In this document: piece by piece, positions 39,926-48,698 of the stretch
Position numbering within the stretch: the stretch's first letter is position 1
Layout: the number at the start of each line of letters is the position of its first letter
Assembly: GCA_041615815.1 (NCBI GenBank)
Contig: JBFJCP010000001.1
Coordinates: forward strand, 204,337 to 268,336
Reading direction: 5' to 3'
DNA: 64,000 nt
Source: Gemmatimonadales bacterium
GTDB taxonomy: Bacteria > Gemmatimonadota > Gemmatimonadetes > Gemmatimonadales > GWC2-71-9
Made by a program: the position numbers and the translations under genes
The notes under the pieces: generated by a model
Seen by the model: only the letters and a program-made list of their open reading frames with translations
The model's database searches: none
What the model was told of the DNA's origin: nothing

Positions 39926-40399
39926 ATGCAAAGGCCAATCAGCTGGGCGCTCGCCCTCGTCCTGGCCTCCTGTTCGGGAGGCACGCCGTCACCCGACGGT
40001 CCGAGTCCCCAAGTCTCCTCTCGCAACGCCTTGGCTGGATCGGATCTCCGAGCCACGGGCGCCTCGAGCGTCTACGACGCGCTGAAGCAGCTGCGCCCCA
40101 CCTGGCTCACTCCGCAGCGCTCGTTGTCACGCGAAGGCGCACTCGCGGGAGGAGCCTCGTCGTCAGGCCGCAACGAGGCGGACCCCCGCCAGGCAACCTC
40201 GGGGTCCGCAGGGGCTAGCTCGGGGGTCGCGTTGGCCGTGGTCCTGGATGGCATCCGCGTGGGCGGTGTCACGTACCTCCAGGGATTATCGGTGGAAGGC
40301 GTTCAGGTGATTCGTCTCATCGAGGGCACGGAGGCCGCACGACGTTGGGGCCCGCAAGCCGGTGCCGGAGTGATCGAGGTCGTCCGTGGCGGCTCCTGA
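39926..40399 (+). CDS. Small lipoprotein, divergent isolated plug-like domain
   Basis: LASC lipobox; SVYDALKQLRPTWL...VVLDGIR...RWG...AGVIEVVR. Confidence 0.7.
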   Translation: MQRPISWALALVLASCSGGTPSPDGPSPQVSSRNALAGSDLRATGASSVYDALKQLRPTWLTPQRSLSREGALAGGASSSGRNEADPRQATSGSAGASSGVALAVVLDGIRVGGVTYLQGLSVEGVQVIRLIEGTEAARRWGPQAGAGVIEVVRGGS

Positions 40400-40447
40400 G
40401 TCACGCTGAACGCGGCAGCCAGCGGGAACAGGCCTCGTGAGCCGTCG

Positions 40448-41407
40448 ATGAGGGGGGTGTGGCTGGAAGACGGCACGTTCCGACTCGATCACGACCTTCC
40501 GCTTCCCACCACCGCACCACACGAAGTCCTGATTCGCGTTTCTCTCGCCGGCATATGTGGGACGGACCTCGAGCTCGCCAGGGGCTACGCATCGTTTCGA
40601 GGCATCCCTGGTCACGAGTTCGTGGGCCGGGTCGCCTCGGCGCCCGAACACGAGGAGTGGATGGGCCGGCGGGTGGTCGGGGAGATCAATGTGACCTGCG
40701 GCCGCTGCGGTACCTGTCGTGCCGGCCGGCGTACCCACTGTGACCATCGCACCGTGCTCGGAATCTCAGGTCGCCAGGGAGCCTTCGCCGAGTATGTCAC
40801 GCTTCCCGTCGAGAATCTCCATCACGTGCCGGACACCATGCCGGATGACGTTGCGGTGTTCACCGAGCCCCTCGCGGCCGCCCTCCAAATCCAGGAACAG
40901 ATCACCATTGACTCCACGGACCGTGTCGTCGTGATCGGGGATGGCAGACTCGGGACGCTCGTGGCACAAACGCTCGCCCTCACGGGCTGCAGACTCCTCG
41001 TCATCGGCCGGCATCCCGCAAAGCTCGAAGTACTGCGGCAATTGGGCATCGCCACCGGGCTCGCGGCCGATCTTCCGGAGCGGACGGCGGACGTTGCCGT
41101 CGAGTGTACCGGCAATCCCACTGGCTTCGGCGTGGCCCGGCGGGCGCTCCGACCGTGCGGGACCCTCGTGCTCAAAAGCACGTACCACGGGCCGGCCCAT
41201 GTCGATCTGTCACGCATCGTGGTCGACGAGATGACGGTGATCGGCTCTCGGTGCGGCCCCTTCACACCGGCGCTGGCACTCCTGGCCCGGGGGGACATCG
41301 ACGTCGCATCGCTCGTCGATGCCCGCTATCCCATGGCCGCCGCGGTTCAGGCCTTCGAGCACGCGGCGCGCCCGGGGACACGGAAGGTGCTCTTGGAGGC
41401 GGACTGA
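40448..41407 (+). CDS. Zinc-dependent alcohol dehydrogenase (MDR family)
   Basis: GICGTD, GHEFVG, CGRCGTC...C, EPLAAA, GDGRLG. Confidence 0.92.
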   Translation: MRGVWLEDGTFRLDHDLPLPTTAPHEVLIRVSLAGICGTDLELARGYASFRGIPGHEFVGRVASAPEHEEWMGRRVVGEINVTCGRCGTCRAGRRTHCDHRTVLGISGRQGAFAEYVTLPVENLHHVPDTMPDDVAVFTEPLAAALQIQEQITIDSTDRVVVIGDGRLGTLVAQTLALTGCRLLVIGRHPAKLEVLRQLGIATGLAADLPERTADVAVECTGNPTGFGVARRALRPCGTLVLKSTYHGPAHVDLSRIVVDEMTVIGSRCGPFTPALALLARGDIDVASLVDARYPMAAAVQAFEHAARPGTRKVLLEAD

Positions 41408-41518
41408 GACCCAACACGGACCTCAGGTATCGCATTCGCCGGAGCACGTAACACATTTTCAATTAATGGGTTGTATGAGCTCATACGAGGCACTACTCGA
41501 GATGAATCAATCCGTCGC

Positions 41519-42184
41519 CTAGGGCCGGAAGACCATTCCCTCCCGCTGGGCCCGTCCGGCGTCCAACGCGACGGGGAAGAGCGTCAACTGGTTGTAGACC
41601 GCTCCCTGGAGGTTGGTGGACCGTATGATCGCCTCGCGCATGTCGGCGCTGCGGAGATCAGCGCCACGGAGATCCGTCCGAGTGAGGTTGGCTTGCCGCA
41701 GGTTGGCGCCGTTCAGGATGACCCGGCGCATCCGGGCCTCGGTCAGATCGGCTCCTTGCAGGTTGGCAGCCGACAGGTTGGCGCGCTCGAGCTGTGCCTC
41801 CTGGAGCTGCGCACCGCGTAGGACGGCGAACTGTGCTTTGACGTTCCGAAGGAGCACGGAGGTAAGGACGGCGCCAGCGAGGTTGGTCTGAAACAGCTGC
41901 GCGTTGCGCAAATCCGAACCGGTGAAATCGATCTCGTGCAGGTCGTATTCCCTGAGGTCGGCGCTGCGCAGCTCACCGCACTCGCCGATGAAGTTGGGAT
42001 TCAGTCCCTTCTTCCCCTGTGGGTTCACGCACTGGCCGTCCTTGAAACGAAACCCCAGATCCTTGCGCTCCTGCGCCGCTCCCGGCACGGCAGCGAGCAT
42101 GAGAGCGATCAGCGCCAGCCCTGGTCGGAGTTTCCTGAGCACCGATTCGGTAGCGTGTGGACCAACGGGGTGCTTGCCAATCAT
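41519..42184 (-). CDS. Secreted pentapeptide-repeat protein
   Basis: A(D/N)Lxx repeats after a signal-like segment; GGAGG RBS. Confidence 0.9.
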   Translation of the reverse strand: MIGKHPVGPHATESVLRKLRPGLALIALMLAAVPGAAQERKDLGFRFKDGQCVNPQGKKGLNPNFIGECGELRSADLREYDLHEIDFTGSDLRNAQLFQTNLAGAVLTSVLLRNVKAQFAVLRGAQLQEAQLERANLSAANLQGADLTEARMRRVILNGANLRQANLTRTDLRGADLRSADMREAIIRSTNLQGAVYNQLTLFPVALDAGRAQREGMVFRP

Positions 42185-42288
42185 GTACCCTCCAACCATC
42201 GCGTGCACCCTACCCACCTGAGTGGGGGGCCAGTATCCTTCACCTATCGTGGACTCGTGTGATTAGAGAAACGTAAGGGAGGCTGTGT

Positions 42289-43488
42289 ATGCAAGCTAGT
42301 TGTTCGAAAACACTGGCGGCGATGGCTGCGCTCGTCCTCATCGGCGTCGGGTGCGGCGACGACCCGACGGGACCCATCTCCTCTCCCTTTGTATCCATTA
42401 CAGCCGGCGTCGTCCATACCTGCGGCGTGGGCCAGAACGGTGAGGCGTATTGTTGGGGATGGAATCGAGACGGGCAGCTGGGGGACGGGACAAAGGACGA
42501 TCGGGCCGCCCCCGTGCGCGTGCAGTCGGGGGGCGTCGCGTTCGAGGCGCTCAGCGGAGGCGGGGCCCACACCTGTGGCCTTGGTACCGACGGATTCATC
42601 TACTGCTGGGGATTCAACCTCAACGGGCAATTGGGCGACGGCACCATGGACTCGCGAACGGCGGTGGCTCGCATCGACGGCGGAATCGCGTTCGACGAAA
42701 TCTCCGTTGGGGCGTCCTACAGCTGCGGGCTGAGCAGCGCGCAGGGCGCGTTCTGCTGGGGCTGGAACGAGCGTGGCCAGTTGGGCGATGGATCCACGGT
42801 CGATCGCCCAACCCCGGTCACAACGGCCGACGGCATTCCCCTGGTGTCCATCAGCGCCTCGAGTTTCCACAGCTGCGGCGTCACCGCGGCTGGCGACGCC
42901 TACTGCTGGGGGCAAAACGAATCGGGCCAATTGGGCGATGGCACCACGACCGACAGTCCCACACCGGTCCAAGTGGCCGGAGGGCAGTTGTTCCAGAGCG
43001 TGTCCACGGGCTTCCGGCACACCTGCGGGATCAGCGTCGACGGTGAAGCGTTCTGTTGGGGGTACGGTGAGCTGGGACAATTGGGCAACGGCACCAGCGC
43101 CAGCTGGTCGCAGCCGGTGGCGGTCACGGGTTCGATGACCTTCACGCAGCTGTCGGCGGGAACCGGCAACTTCACCTGCGGCATTACGCCCGGGGGAGAC
43201 GCATTCTGTTGGGGGTTCAACAACAATGGTCAGCTCGGAGAGCTCTCGTCGGACGATTGCACCGACCCGGAACAAGGAAACATTCAAGCCTGCGCGTTGG
43301 ACCCACTGGCCGTGTCCGGAGGCCTCACCTTTCGGCAGATCACGGCGGGCACGCAGCACAGCTGCGGGCTCTCGACCGACAACGTCGCCTACTGCTGGGG
43401 CCTGGGGAACCTGGGGCAGCTTGGAACGGGTGAGAAGGGGGATTTGCTGATCGTGGTCGAGCCAGCCCGAGTGGCGGGCCAGCCGTAG
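42289..43488 (+). CDS. RCC1/BLIP-II repeat lipoprotein
   Basis: GVGC lipobox; seven HTCG...AYCWG.N..GQLG repeats. Confidence 0.92.
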   Translation: MQASCSKTLAAMAALVLIGVGCGDDPTGPISSPFVSITAGVVHTCGVGQNGEAYCWGWNRDGQLGDGTKDDRAAPVRVQSGGVAFEALSGGGAHTCGLGTDGFIYCWGFNLNGQLGDGTMDSRTAVARIDGGIAFDEISVGASYSCGLSSAQGAFCWGWNERGQLGDGSTVDRPTPVTTADGIPLVSISASSFHSCGVTAAGDAYCWGQNESGQLGDGTTTDSPTPVQVAGGQLFQSVSTGFRHTCGISVDGEAFCWGYGELGQLGNGTSASWSQPVAVTGSMTFTQLSAGTGNFTCGITPGGDAFCWGFNNNGQLGELSSDDCTDPEQGNIQACALDPLAVSGGLTFRQITAGTQHSCGLSTDNVAYCWGLGNLGQLGTGEKGDLLIVVEPARVAGQP

Positions 43489-43518
43489 CTCAACGGGGAT
43501 CGGCCGCGCGCCTGTTCG

Positions 43519-43962
43519 TTATTGGGGCCTTGGACCTGGTCCCGGTCCCCCATTACCACCGTCGCCGCCCACCAGTTGCTCGACGGAGAAGATCACGAGC
43601 CCGAGCGCCCCAACGCCGGCCCCGGCGAGGACGGCCGTGCGCCAGGCGGATACCCGGCGCTCCTGGAGCGCCTCCACTCGCTGCCGCGGAATGGCGAGAC
43701 GGGCCCCGTAGCCCCGGTGCTTGGCACCGGCGACGGACCAGAGGTAGTCCGCGGTGACGATCAGCGAATCTGCCGAGTTCGCCAGGTAGGTGCCCTCGAT
43801 GCGGTTGAGATTCTGGAGAAGGGCCCCCACCACTTGAAACTCGATTGGCTCGTTCAAGTCCATTTGCACCGTCTTACCCGGAGTGGGGGCAACCCCGTCC
43901 AGCGGCACGAGCTGTACGCAGCCAGCGAGCAGGCAAAGCGAAAGACAAAAGACCGGCTTCAA
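43519..43962 (-). CDS. Hypothetical lipoprotein with C-terminal hydrophobic segment
   Basis: LAGC lipobox; TTG start inferred with GAGG RBS. Confidence 0.6.
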   Translation of the reverse strand: MKPVFCLSLCLLAGCVQLVPLDGVAPTPGKTVQMDLNEPIEFQVVGALLQNLNRIEGTYLANSADSLIVTADYLWSVAGAKHRGYGARLAIPRQRVEALQERRVSAWRTAVLAGAGVGALGLVIFSVEQLVGGDGGNGGPGPGPRPQ

Positions 43963-44081
43963 ATTCCACCTCAGTACGCTTGAGACACCGAAATCTCGCT
44001 CAGGCCCGGGGTGCCCCGCAAGGAACCTGCGGGCAGACAGTTCGGTTATCCTGTTATACCCGTGAATATGGATCAGTGCCC

Positions 44082-45167
44082 ATGCTCCGTCTGCGCTCGT
44101 TGGCTTTCCCTGTCCTGCTCGCCGGCACCCTGACGACACTCGGGTGCTCGGACCCACAGGGGGTGTCCGGAGGGTTCGACCTCTCCACCTGCGATCTCTT
44201 TTCCAACAAGCTCTTCGACGGCGGCCCCGGTCGCGACGGAATCCCGGCGCTCACGCACCCCGAGGTGGGGCCGCCCGACGCCGAGCCACTGCTCGAGCCG
44301 GACGACCGAGTCTTGGGTGTCGTCCGCAATGGTGCCGCCCGTGCGTACCCGTTCATCGTGATGTGGTGGCACGAGATCGTGAACGATACGCTGGGTGGCG
44401 AGCCGGTATTGGTCACGTATTGCCCGCTTACCGGGTCCGGCCTCGCCTTCGATCCACGCGTGAACGGCGAGGTGACCGAGTTCGGTGTCTCTGGGGCCAT
44501 CTTCGAGAACAACCTCATGATGTTCGACCGGAGGACCGAGAGCCTCTGGCCACAACTCATGACCTCCGCCCGTTGTGGTCCCCTGCTCGGTACCGAGCTG
44601 GCGGTGGGCCCGATCGTCGAGACGACGTGGGAACGATGGCAAGAGCTCTACCCCCAAACCACCGTCGTCACCACCAACACCCGATTCGTCAACTTGTCCT
44701 ACGGGGAGTACCCCTATGGGAGCTACGACCTCACGACCAATCAGAGCTTCCTGTTCCCGGGGTCACCGTTCAACATCACGAGGCTGCCCAAAGAAGTCAT
44801 CTTGGGCATCGTAGACGGCGAGGCGAAGGTGGCCTATCCGTTCCTGGCCCTGCACGACCGCGGCGAAGTCGTAGCGATCAACGACACGATCGGGGGCCGC
44901 CCGATCGTGGTCTTCTGGCACGCGGCATCCGAGACCGCCATCGCGCTCGACCGACGGGTTGGGGGCGAGACATTGGAATTCCAGGTGAGCGGGCAAGACC
45001 CAACCCTGTATGAGGACTCCGGTACCGGGTCACTCTGGAACCAGGCAGGGACCGCGATCGCCGGGGACCTCGCCGGTGCACAGCTCGCCCCCGTCGAGGG
45101 CGCCTATGCAGTCTTCTGGTTCGCCTGGTCCGTGTTCCATCGTTTCCACCGTCTCGGGGTCGAGTAA
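44082..45167 (+). CDS. DUF3179 family lipoprotein
   Basis: TLGC lipobox; GGPGRDGIPAL, RAYP, HEIVND, TYCPLTGSG, FGVSG, FWFAW. Confidence 0.88.
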   Translation: MLRLRSLAFPVLLAGTLTTLGCSDPQGVSGGFDLSTCDLFSNKLFDGGPGRDGIPALTHPEVGPPDAEPLLEPDDRVLGVVRNGAARAYPFIVMWWHEIVNDTLGGEPVLVTYCPLTGSGLAFDPRVNGEVTEFGVSGAIFENNLMMFDRRTESLWPQLMTSARCGPLLGTELAVGPIVETTWERWQELYPQTTVVTTNTRFVNLSYGEYPYGSYDLTTNQSFLFPGSPFNITRLPKEVILGIVDGEAKVAYPFLALHDRGEVVAINDTIGGRPIVVFWHAASETAIALDRRVGGETLEFQVSGQDPTLYEDSGTGSLWNQAGTAIAGDLAGAQLAPVEGAYAVFWFAWSVFHRFHRLGVE

Positions 45168-45213
45168 CGGACCTCTGAAGGCGGTGCCGTCTGGAACGCT
45201 TCGGGCCAGCTAC

Positions 45214-45229
45214 TGGCACACAAGTTGCT
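45214..45229 (+). promoter_or_regulatory. Candidate sigma54 (-24/-12) promoter upstream of the second susC
   Basis: TGGCAC-ACAAG-TTGCT, exact consensus spacing. Confidence 0.65.
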
Positions 45230-45373
45230 AGCCGCACGAACTCGCCGCTGCTAACCCCTTGACGTAGCGCACACCAGGGGAAAATTTCCCATAATCGTGA
45301 AGATCGGCTCCCTCCAATCGCAGCCGATCTCCACATCTGTCGTTCCATCCACATCCCCAAGCCAGGAGGGCCT

Positions 45374-48300
45374 ATGTCCCCTGCACGTAGTTGGCTTGCT
45401 CGGTTCCTTACCGCGGGCCTCGTTGCGGTGTTCTGCACCGCGACGGCGGCCGCGCAACAGGGAATCGGCACTGTCCGGGGCGTCGTGACTGATGATGTCA
45501 GTCGACGCCCCATTTCTGCGGCACAGGTTTATGTGCCGGGCTTGGAGGCCCTGGGAACGATTACGGACTCCGAGGGCCAGTTCGAGCTCAACCTGCCTCA
45601 GGGTGCCCACCGGCTCACGGTGCGCCGCGTGGGGTACGCGACCAGCGGCTTGAACATCACCGTCACCGCCGGCCAGGTCACCGAGACCAACTTCCAGCTG
45701 AAGCAAGTCGTGATTCTGCTGGATGAGGTCGTCGTGACCGGTGCCGGAGCCGCGACCGAGAAGAAGCGACTCGGCAACACCGTCGCCTCCATCAAGACCA
45801 GCGAGCTCGAGAACGCTCCCACGGCAAACTTCTCGGAGCTGCTCGCTGGACGTGAGCCCAACGTCTCCGTGATTCCCTCCGGGGGCTATGCAGGCGAAGG
45901 CGCACGCATTCGCATTCGAGGATCCGCCAGCCTCTCGCAGTCCAACGAGCCGATCATCTACGTGGATGGTATTCGCGTGGATAACGGCGGCGGGATTCAA
46001 GGAACCAACGTCGGTTCCGGCGGTGGCGGTGGCACGTCCCGTCTGGACGATATCAACCCCGACGCCATCGAGCGCGTGGAGATCCTGAAGGGCGCCGCTG
46101 CTGCGACACTCTACGGCACGGAAGCCTCCAACGGCGTGATCCAGATCTTCACCAAGAAGGGTGCGCAGGGTGCGCCGAAGTTCGACTTCTCGCTCGAAGT
46201 CGGGGCCACGAGTCCCAATTCGGATCGCATCAAGAAGAACACGGGATTCGTCCGGGCCGGAGACGAGGCTCGGCTCTCCCAGTTCTGGGCAAATTCTCCG
46301 ATCTGCCGGAATCTGTCCGGTGGATCCTGCGCTAGCATGTCGGCCTATGACATCTTCGAGGTCGACTACTACGACGCACTCTTCGAGACCGGCTTCAACC
46401 AGGCCTACTCCGGCTCGGTGAGCGGTGGGTCCTCCATCTTCACGTACTTCGTGTCCGGCCGCTTCTCCAGCGACCAGGGCCAGATCACGACCAAGCCGTT
46501 CGACGGCCTTGCCGACGACTTCAACCGCTTGGTTCAGGCGTCGGCCAACATGGAGATCATCCCCCACGAGAAGGTCCGTCTCCGCATCAACAGCCAGGTG
46601 GCCGATGTTGGGCACAAGACCCCGGAGAACGGCAACAACATTTGGGGACTGATCCCCTCGGCGATGGATGCGAAACCCGAGCGCGCGACGTGCGATACCT
46701 CCTTCGGCAATGGAACGCCGAATGGTGACGGCACGTGCGATCCTGTCGGCAACCCCGAGGGCGCCACGTTTGCGACCACACGGGAGATTGCGCAGACGTT
46801 CATCGAACAGGACGTGCGCCACTACACGTTGAGCCTCCAGACCCAGTACACGCCGGTGGCCGAGCTCAGCCTCGACGCCACGGTTGGTCTCGACTACACC
46901 TCCACGGAGAACGTCATCCAGTGGCCGTTTGCGTGGAACGTCGACGGTCTGGCTGGCGCGGACCCCTTGGGTAACCGCGGCATCGACAACCGCAATCGTC
47001 GTGAGATCACCGTCGAGACGAAAGCCCAGTGGGACGCTCGTTTCGGTGAGAACTTCAGTTCCACCTTCGTCGCCGGCGGGCAGGGCTTCATCGCCCGGAC
47101 AACGCAAAAGGGTGGCTTTGGCGCTGACTTCCCCGGCCCCGGTCTCGGAGTTGCCGGTGCGGCGGCCAGTCAGTCCGTCAGCGAGTCGTTCCTGGAAGTG
47201 GTCAACGCTGGTGCTTTTGCCCAGGAGCAGTTCGGCTTGTATGACGTCGTGTTCTTGACGGGCGGTTTGCGCTATGACCGCAACAGCGCGTTCGGGGAGC
47301 AGACCGAGGGAACGCTGTATCCCAAGGCCAGCATTTCGATCGTGCCCAGCGATCTGCCCTACTGGAACATCGCGCCGCTGTCCACGTTCCGGGTGCGGGC
47401 CGCCTGGGGTAAGTCCGGTCTCCAGCCGGGCGCCTTTGACAAGTTCACCACCTTCGCGGCCACGGCGTCGGCACTCGGACCAGGCCTCACGCCCGACAAT
47501 CTCGGCAACGATGCGCTCGAGCCCGAGAAGGCGACCGAGATCGAGCTCGGCGCCGAGTTTGGTCTGTTCGACAACCGCCTGGGCCTGGACTTCACCTGGT
47601 GGGATCGCTCGACCAAGGACGCGCTCTTCTCACGTCAGTTTGCGCCGTCCGGCGGCTTCACCAACCAGCAGATCGTGAACATCGGACAGGTGGACGCCAA
47701 CGGGTTGGAGTTCAACCTCACGGGACTCGTCGTGAACAAGCCCGATTTTAGCGTCCGCTTCTTCGGTAACGCTGCGTACCTCACAGAAACGGTCACCGAT
47801 CTCGGCGGATCGCCGCCACTCAAGGTCGGTGCGTCGTATATCCGTTACCGCGCTTGGTTGGTCGAGGGTTGGTCCCCCGGAGCGTTCTTCGGCAACCGGC
47901 TCCTCCCCACCCAGCCCGGTTTCTTTGCGATAGACACCAACGGCGACGGCCAACCCGACAGCGAAGCCGAAGTGCTGGCGTTCTTCGCCAATCCCGTCTC
48001 GAGCGGTTTCAGCTCGTCGGCCATCCGGCCGCTCGTGGAGAACTGCGACGCCAGCCAGTCGACCCCAGGCCCCCAGAGCGGCCCCTTCGGGTGCTACCTG
48101 GGTAAGCCGACACCCGACTGGCAAGGCTCGTTCGGGCTCAACATCGGGATCCTCGGCAACCTTGAGATCTCGTCGCTGTGGGAGTACAAGGCCGGTAACT
48201 TCTTCGTGCACAACCTGACCGATTCGTTCCGCTCGACGCACTCATTGATCGGACGGAACTTCGAGCAGGCAACCGCGGCGGAGCGCACCTTGGTCGACCC

Positions 48301-48670
48301 GTCGTCCACCGCACAGGATCGTTTGGCGGCGTGGCGCGTGTTCTCCGAGGAGCTCAAGCACCTGGCGCCGCTCAGCGGCCTCAACGCGGTCAGGCCGGCG
48401 GACTTCGTACGCTGGCGCGAGCTGAGCCTCACGTATCGGCTCCCCGTCGACTTCGTGCGGTCCAAGCTGGGACTGCGGTACGTAACGCTCAACGTCGCGG
48501 CCCGAAACCTCGCGCTGTGGACGAAGTACGACGGTATCGATCCGGAACTCAACTTGATCAGCCGCGGCAACGACTCGAACACGGCACAGGGCGACTTTGC
48601 CCAGAGCCTGGACGCGTGGGGCATTCCGGTCCCAACGCGGTTTACCTTCAATGTCCGGTTCGGCTTCTAA
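45374..48670 (+). CDS. SusC/RagA family TonB-dependent receptor
   Basis: LDEVVVTG, PIIYVDG, DINPDAIERVEILKGAAAATLYG, GNDALEPE, terminal Phe. Confidence 0.95.
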   Translation: MSPARSWLARFLTAGLVAVFCTATAAAQQGIGTVRGVVTDDVSRRPISAAQVYVPGLEALGTITDSEGQFELNLPQGAHRLTVRRVGYATSGLNITVTAGQVTETNFQLKQVVILLDEVVVTGAGAATEKKRLGNTVASIKTSELENAPTANFSELLAGREPNVSVIPSGGYAGEGARIRIRGSASLSQSNEPIIYVDGIRVDNGGGIQGTNVGSGGGGGTSRLDDINPDAIERVEILKGAAAATLYGTEASNGVIQIFTKKGAQGAPKFDFSLEVGATSPNSDRIKKNTGFVRAGDEARLSQFWANSPICRNLSGGSCASMSAYDIFEVDYYDALFETGFNQAYSGSVSGGSSIFTYFVSGRFSSDQGQITTKPFDGLADDFNRLVQASANMEIIPHEKVRLRINSQVADVGHKTPENGNNIWGLIPSAMDAKPERATCDTSFGNGTPNGDGTCDPVGNPEGATFATTREIAQTFIEQDVRHYTLSLQTQYTPVAELSLDATVGLDYTSTENVIQWPFAWNVDGLAGADPLGNRGIDNRNRREITVETKAQWDARFGENFSSTFVAGGQGFIARTTQKGGFGADFPGPGLGVAGAAASQSVSESFLEVVNAGAFAQEQFGLYDVVFLTGGLRYDRNSAFGEQTEGTLYPKASISIVPSDLPYWNIAPLSTFRVRAAWGKSGLQPGAFDKFTTFAATASALGPGLTPDNLGNDALEPEKATEIELGAEFGLFDNRLGLDFTWWDRSTKDALFSRQFAPSGGFTNQQIVNIGQVDANGLEFNLTGLVVNKPDFSVRFFGNAAYLTETVTDLGGSPPLKVGASYIRYRAWLVEGWSPGAFFGNRLLPTQPGFFAIDTNGDGQPDSEAEVLAFFANPVSSGFSSSAIRPLVENCDASQSTPGPQSGPFGCYLGKPTPDWQGSFGLNIGILGNLEISSLWEYKAGNFFVHNLTDSFRSTHSLIGRNFEQATAAERTLVDPSSTAQDRLAAWRVFSEELKHLAPLSGLNAVRPADFVRWRELSLTYRLPVDFVRSKLGLRYVTLNVAARNLALWTKYDGIDPELNLISRGNDSNTAQGDFAQSLDAWGIPVPTRFTFNVRFGF

Positions 48671-48698
48671 AACCGGCTACCGCGAAAGCACAGGAGCT

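Noticed and set aside
40448..41407. Alcohol dehydrogenase as the missing BMC enzyme
   Set aside because: About 16 kb away, Zn-MDR type rather than the Fe-ADH usual in metabolosomes, and no encapsulation-like extension
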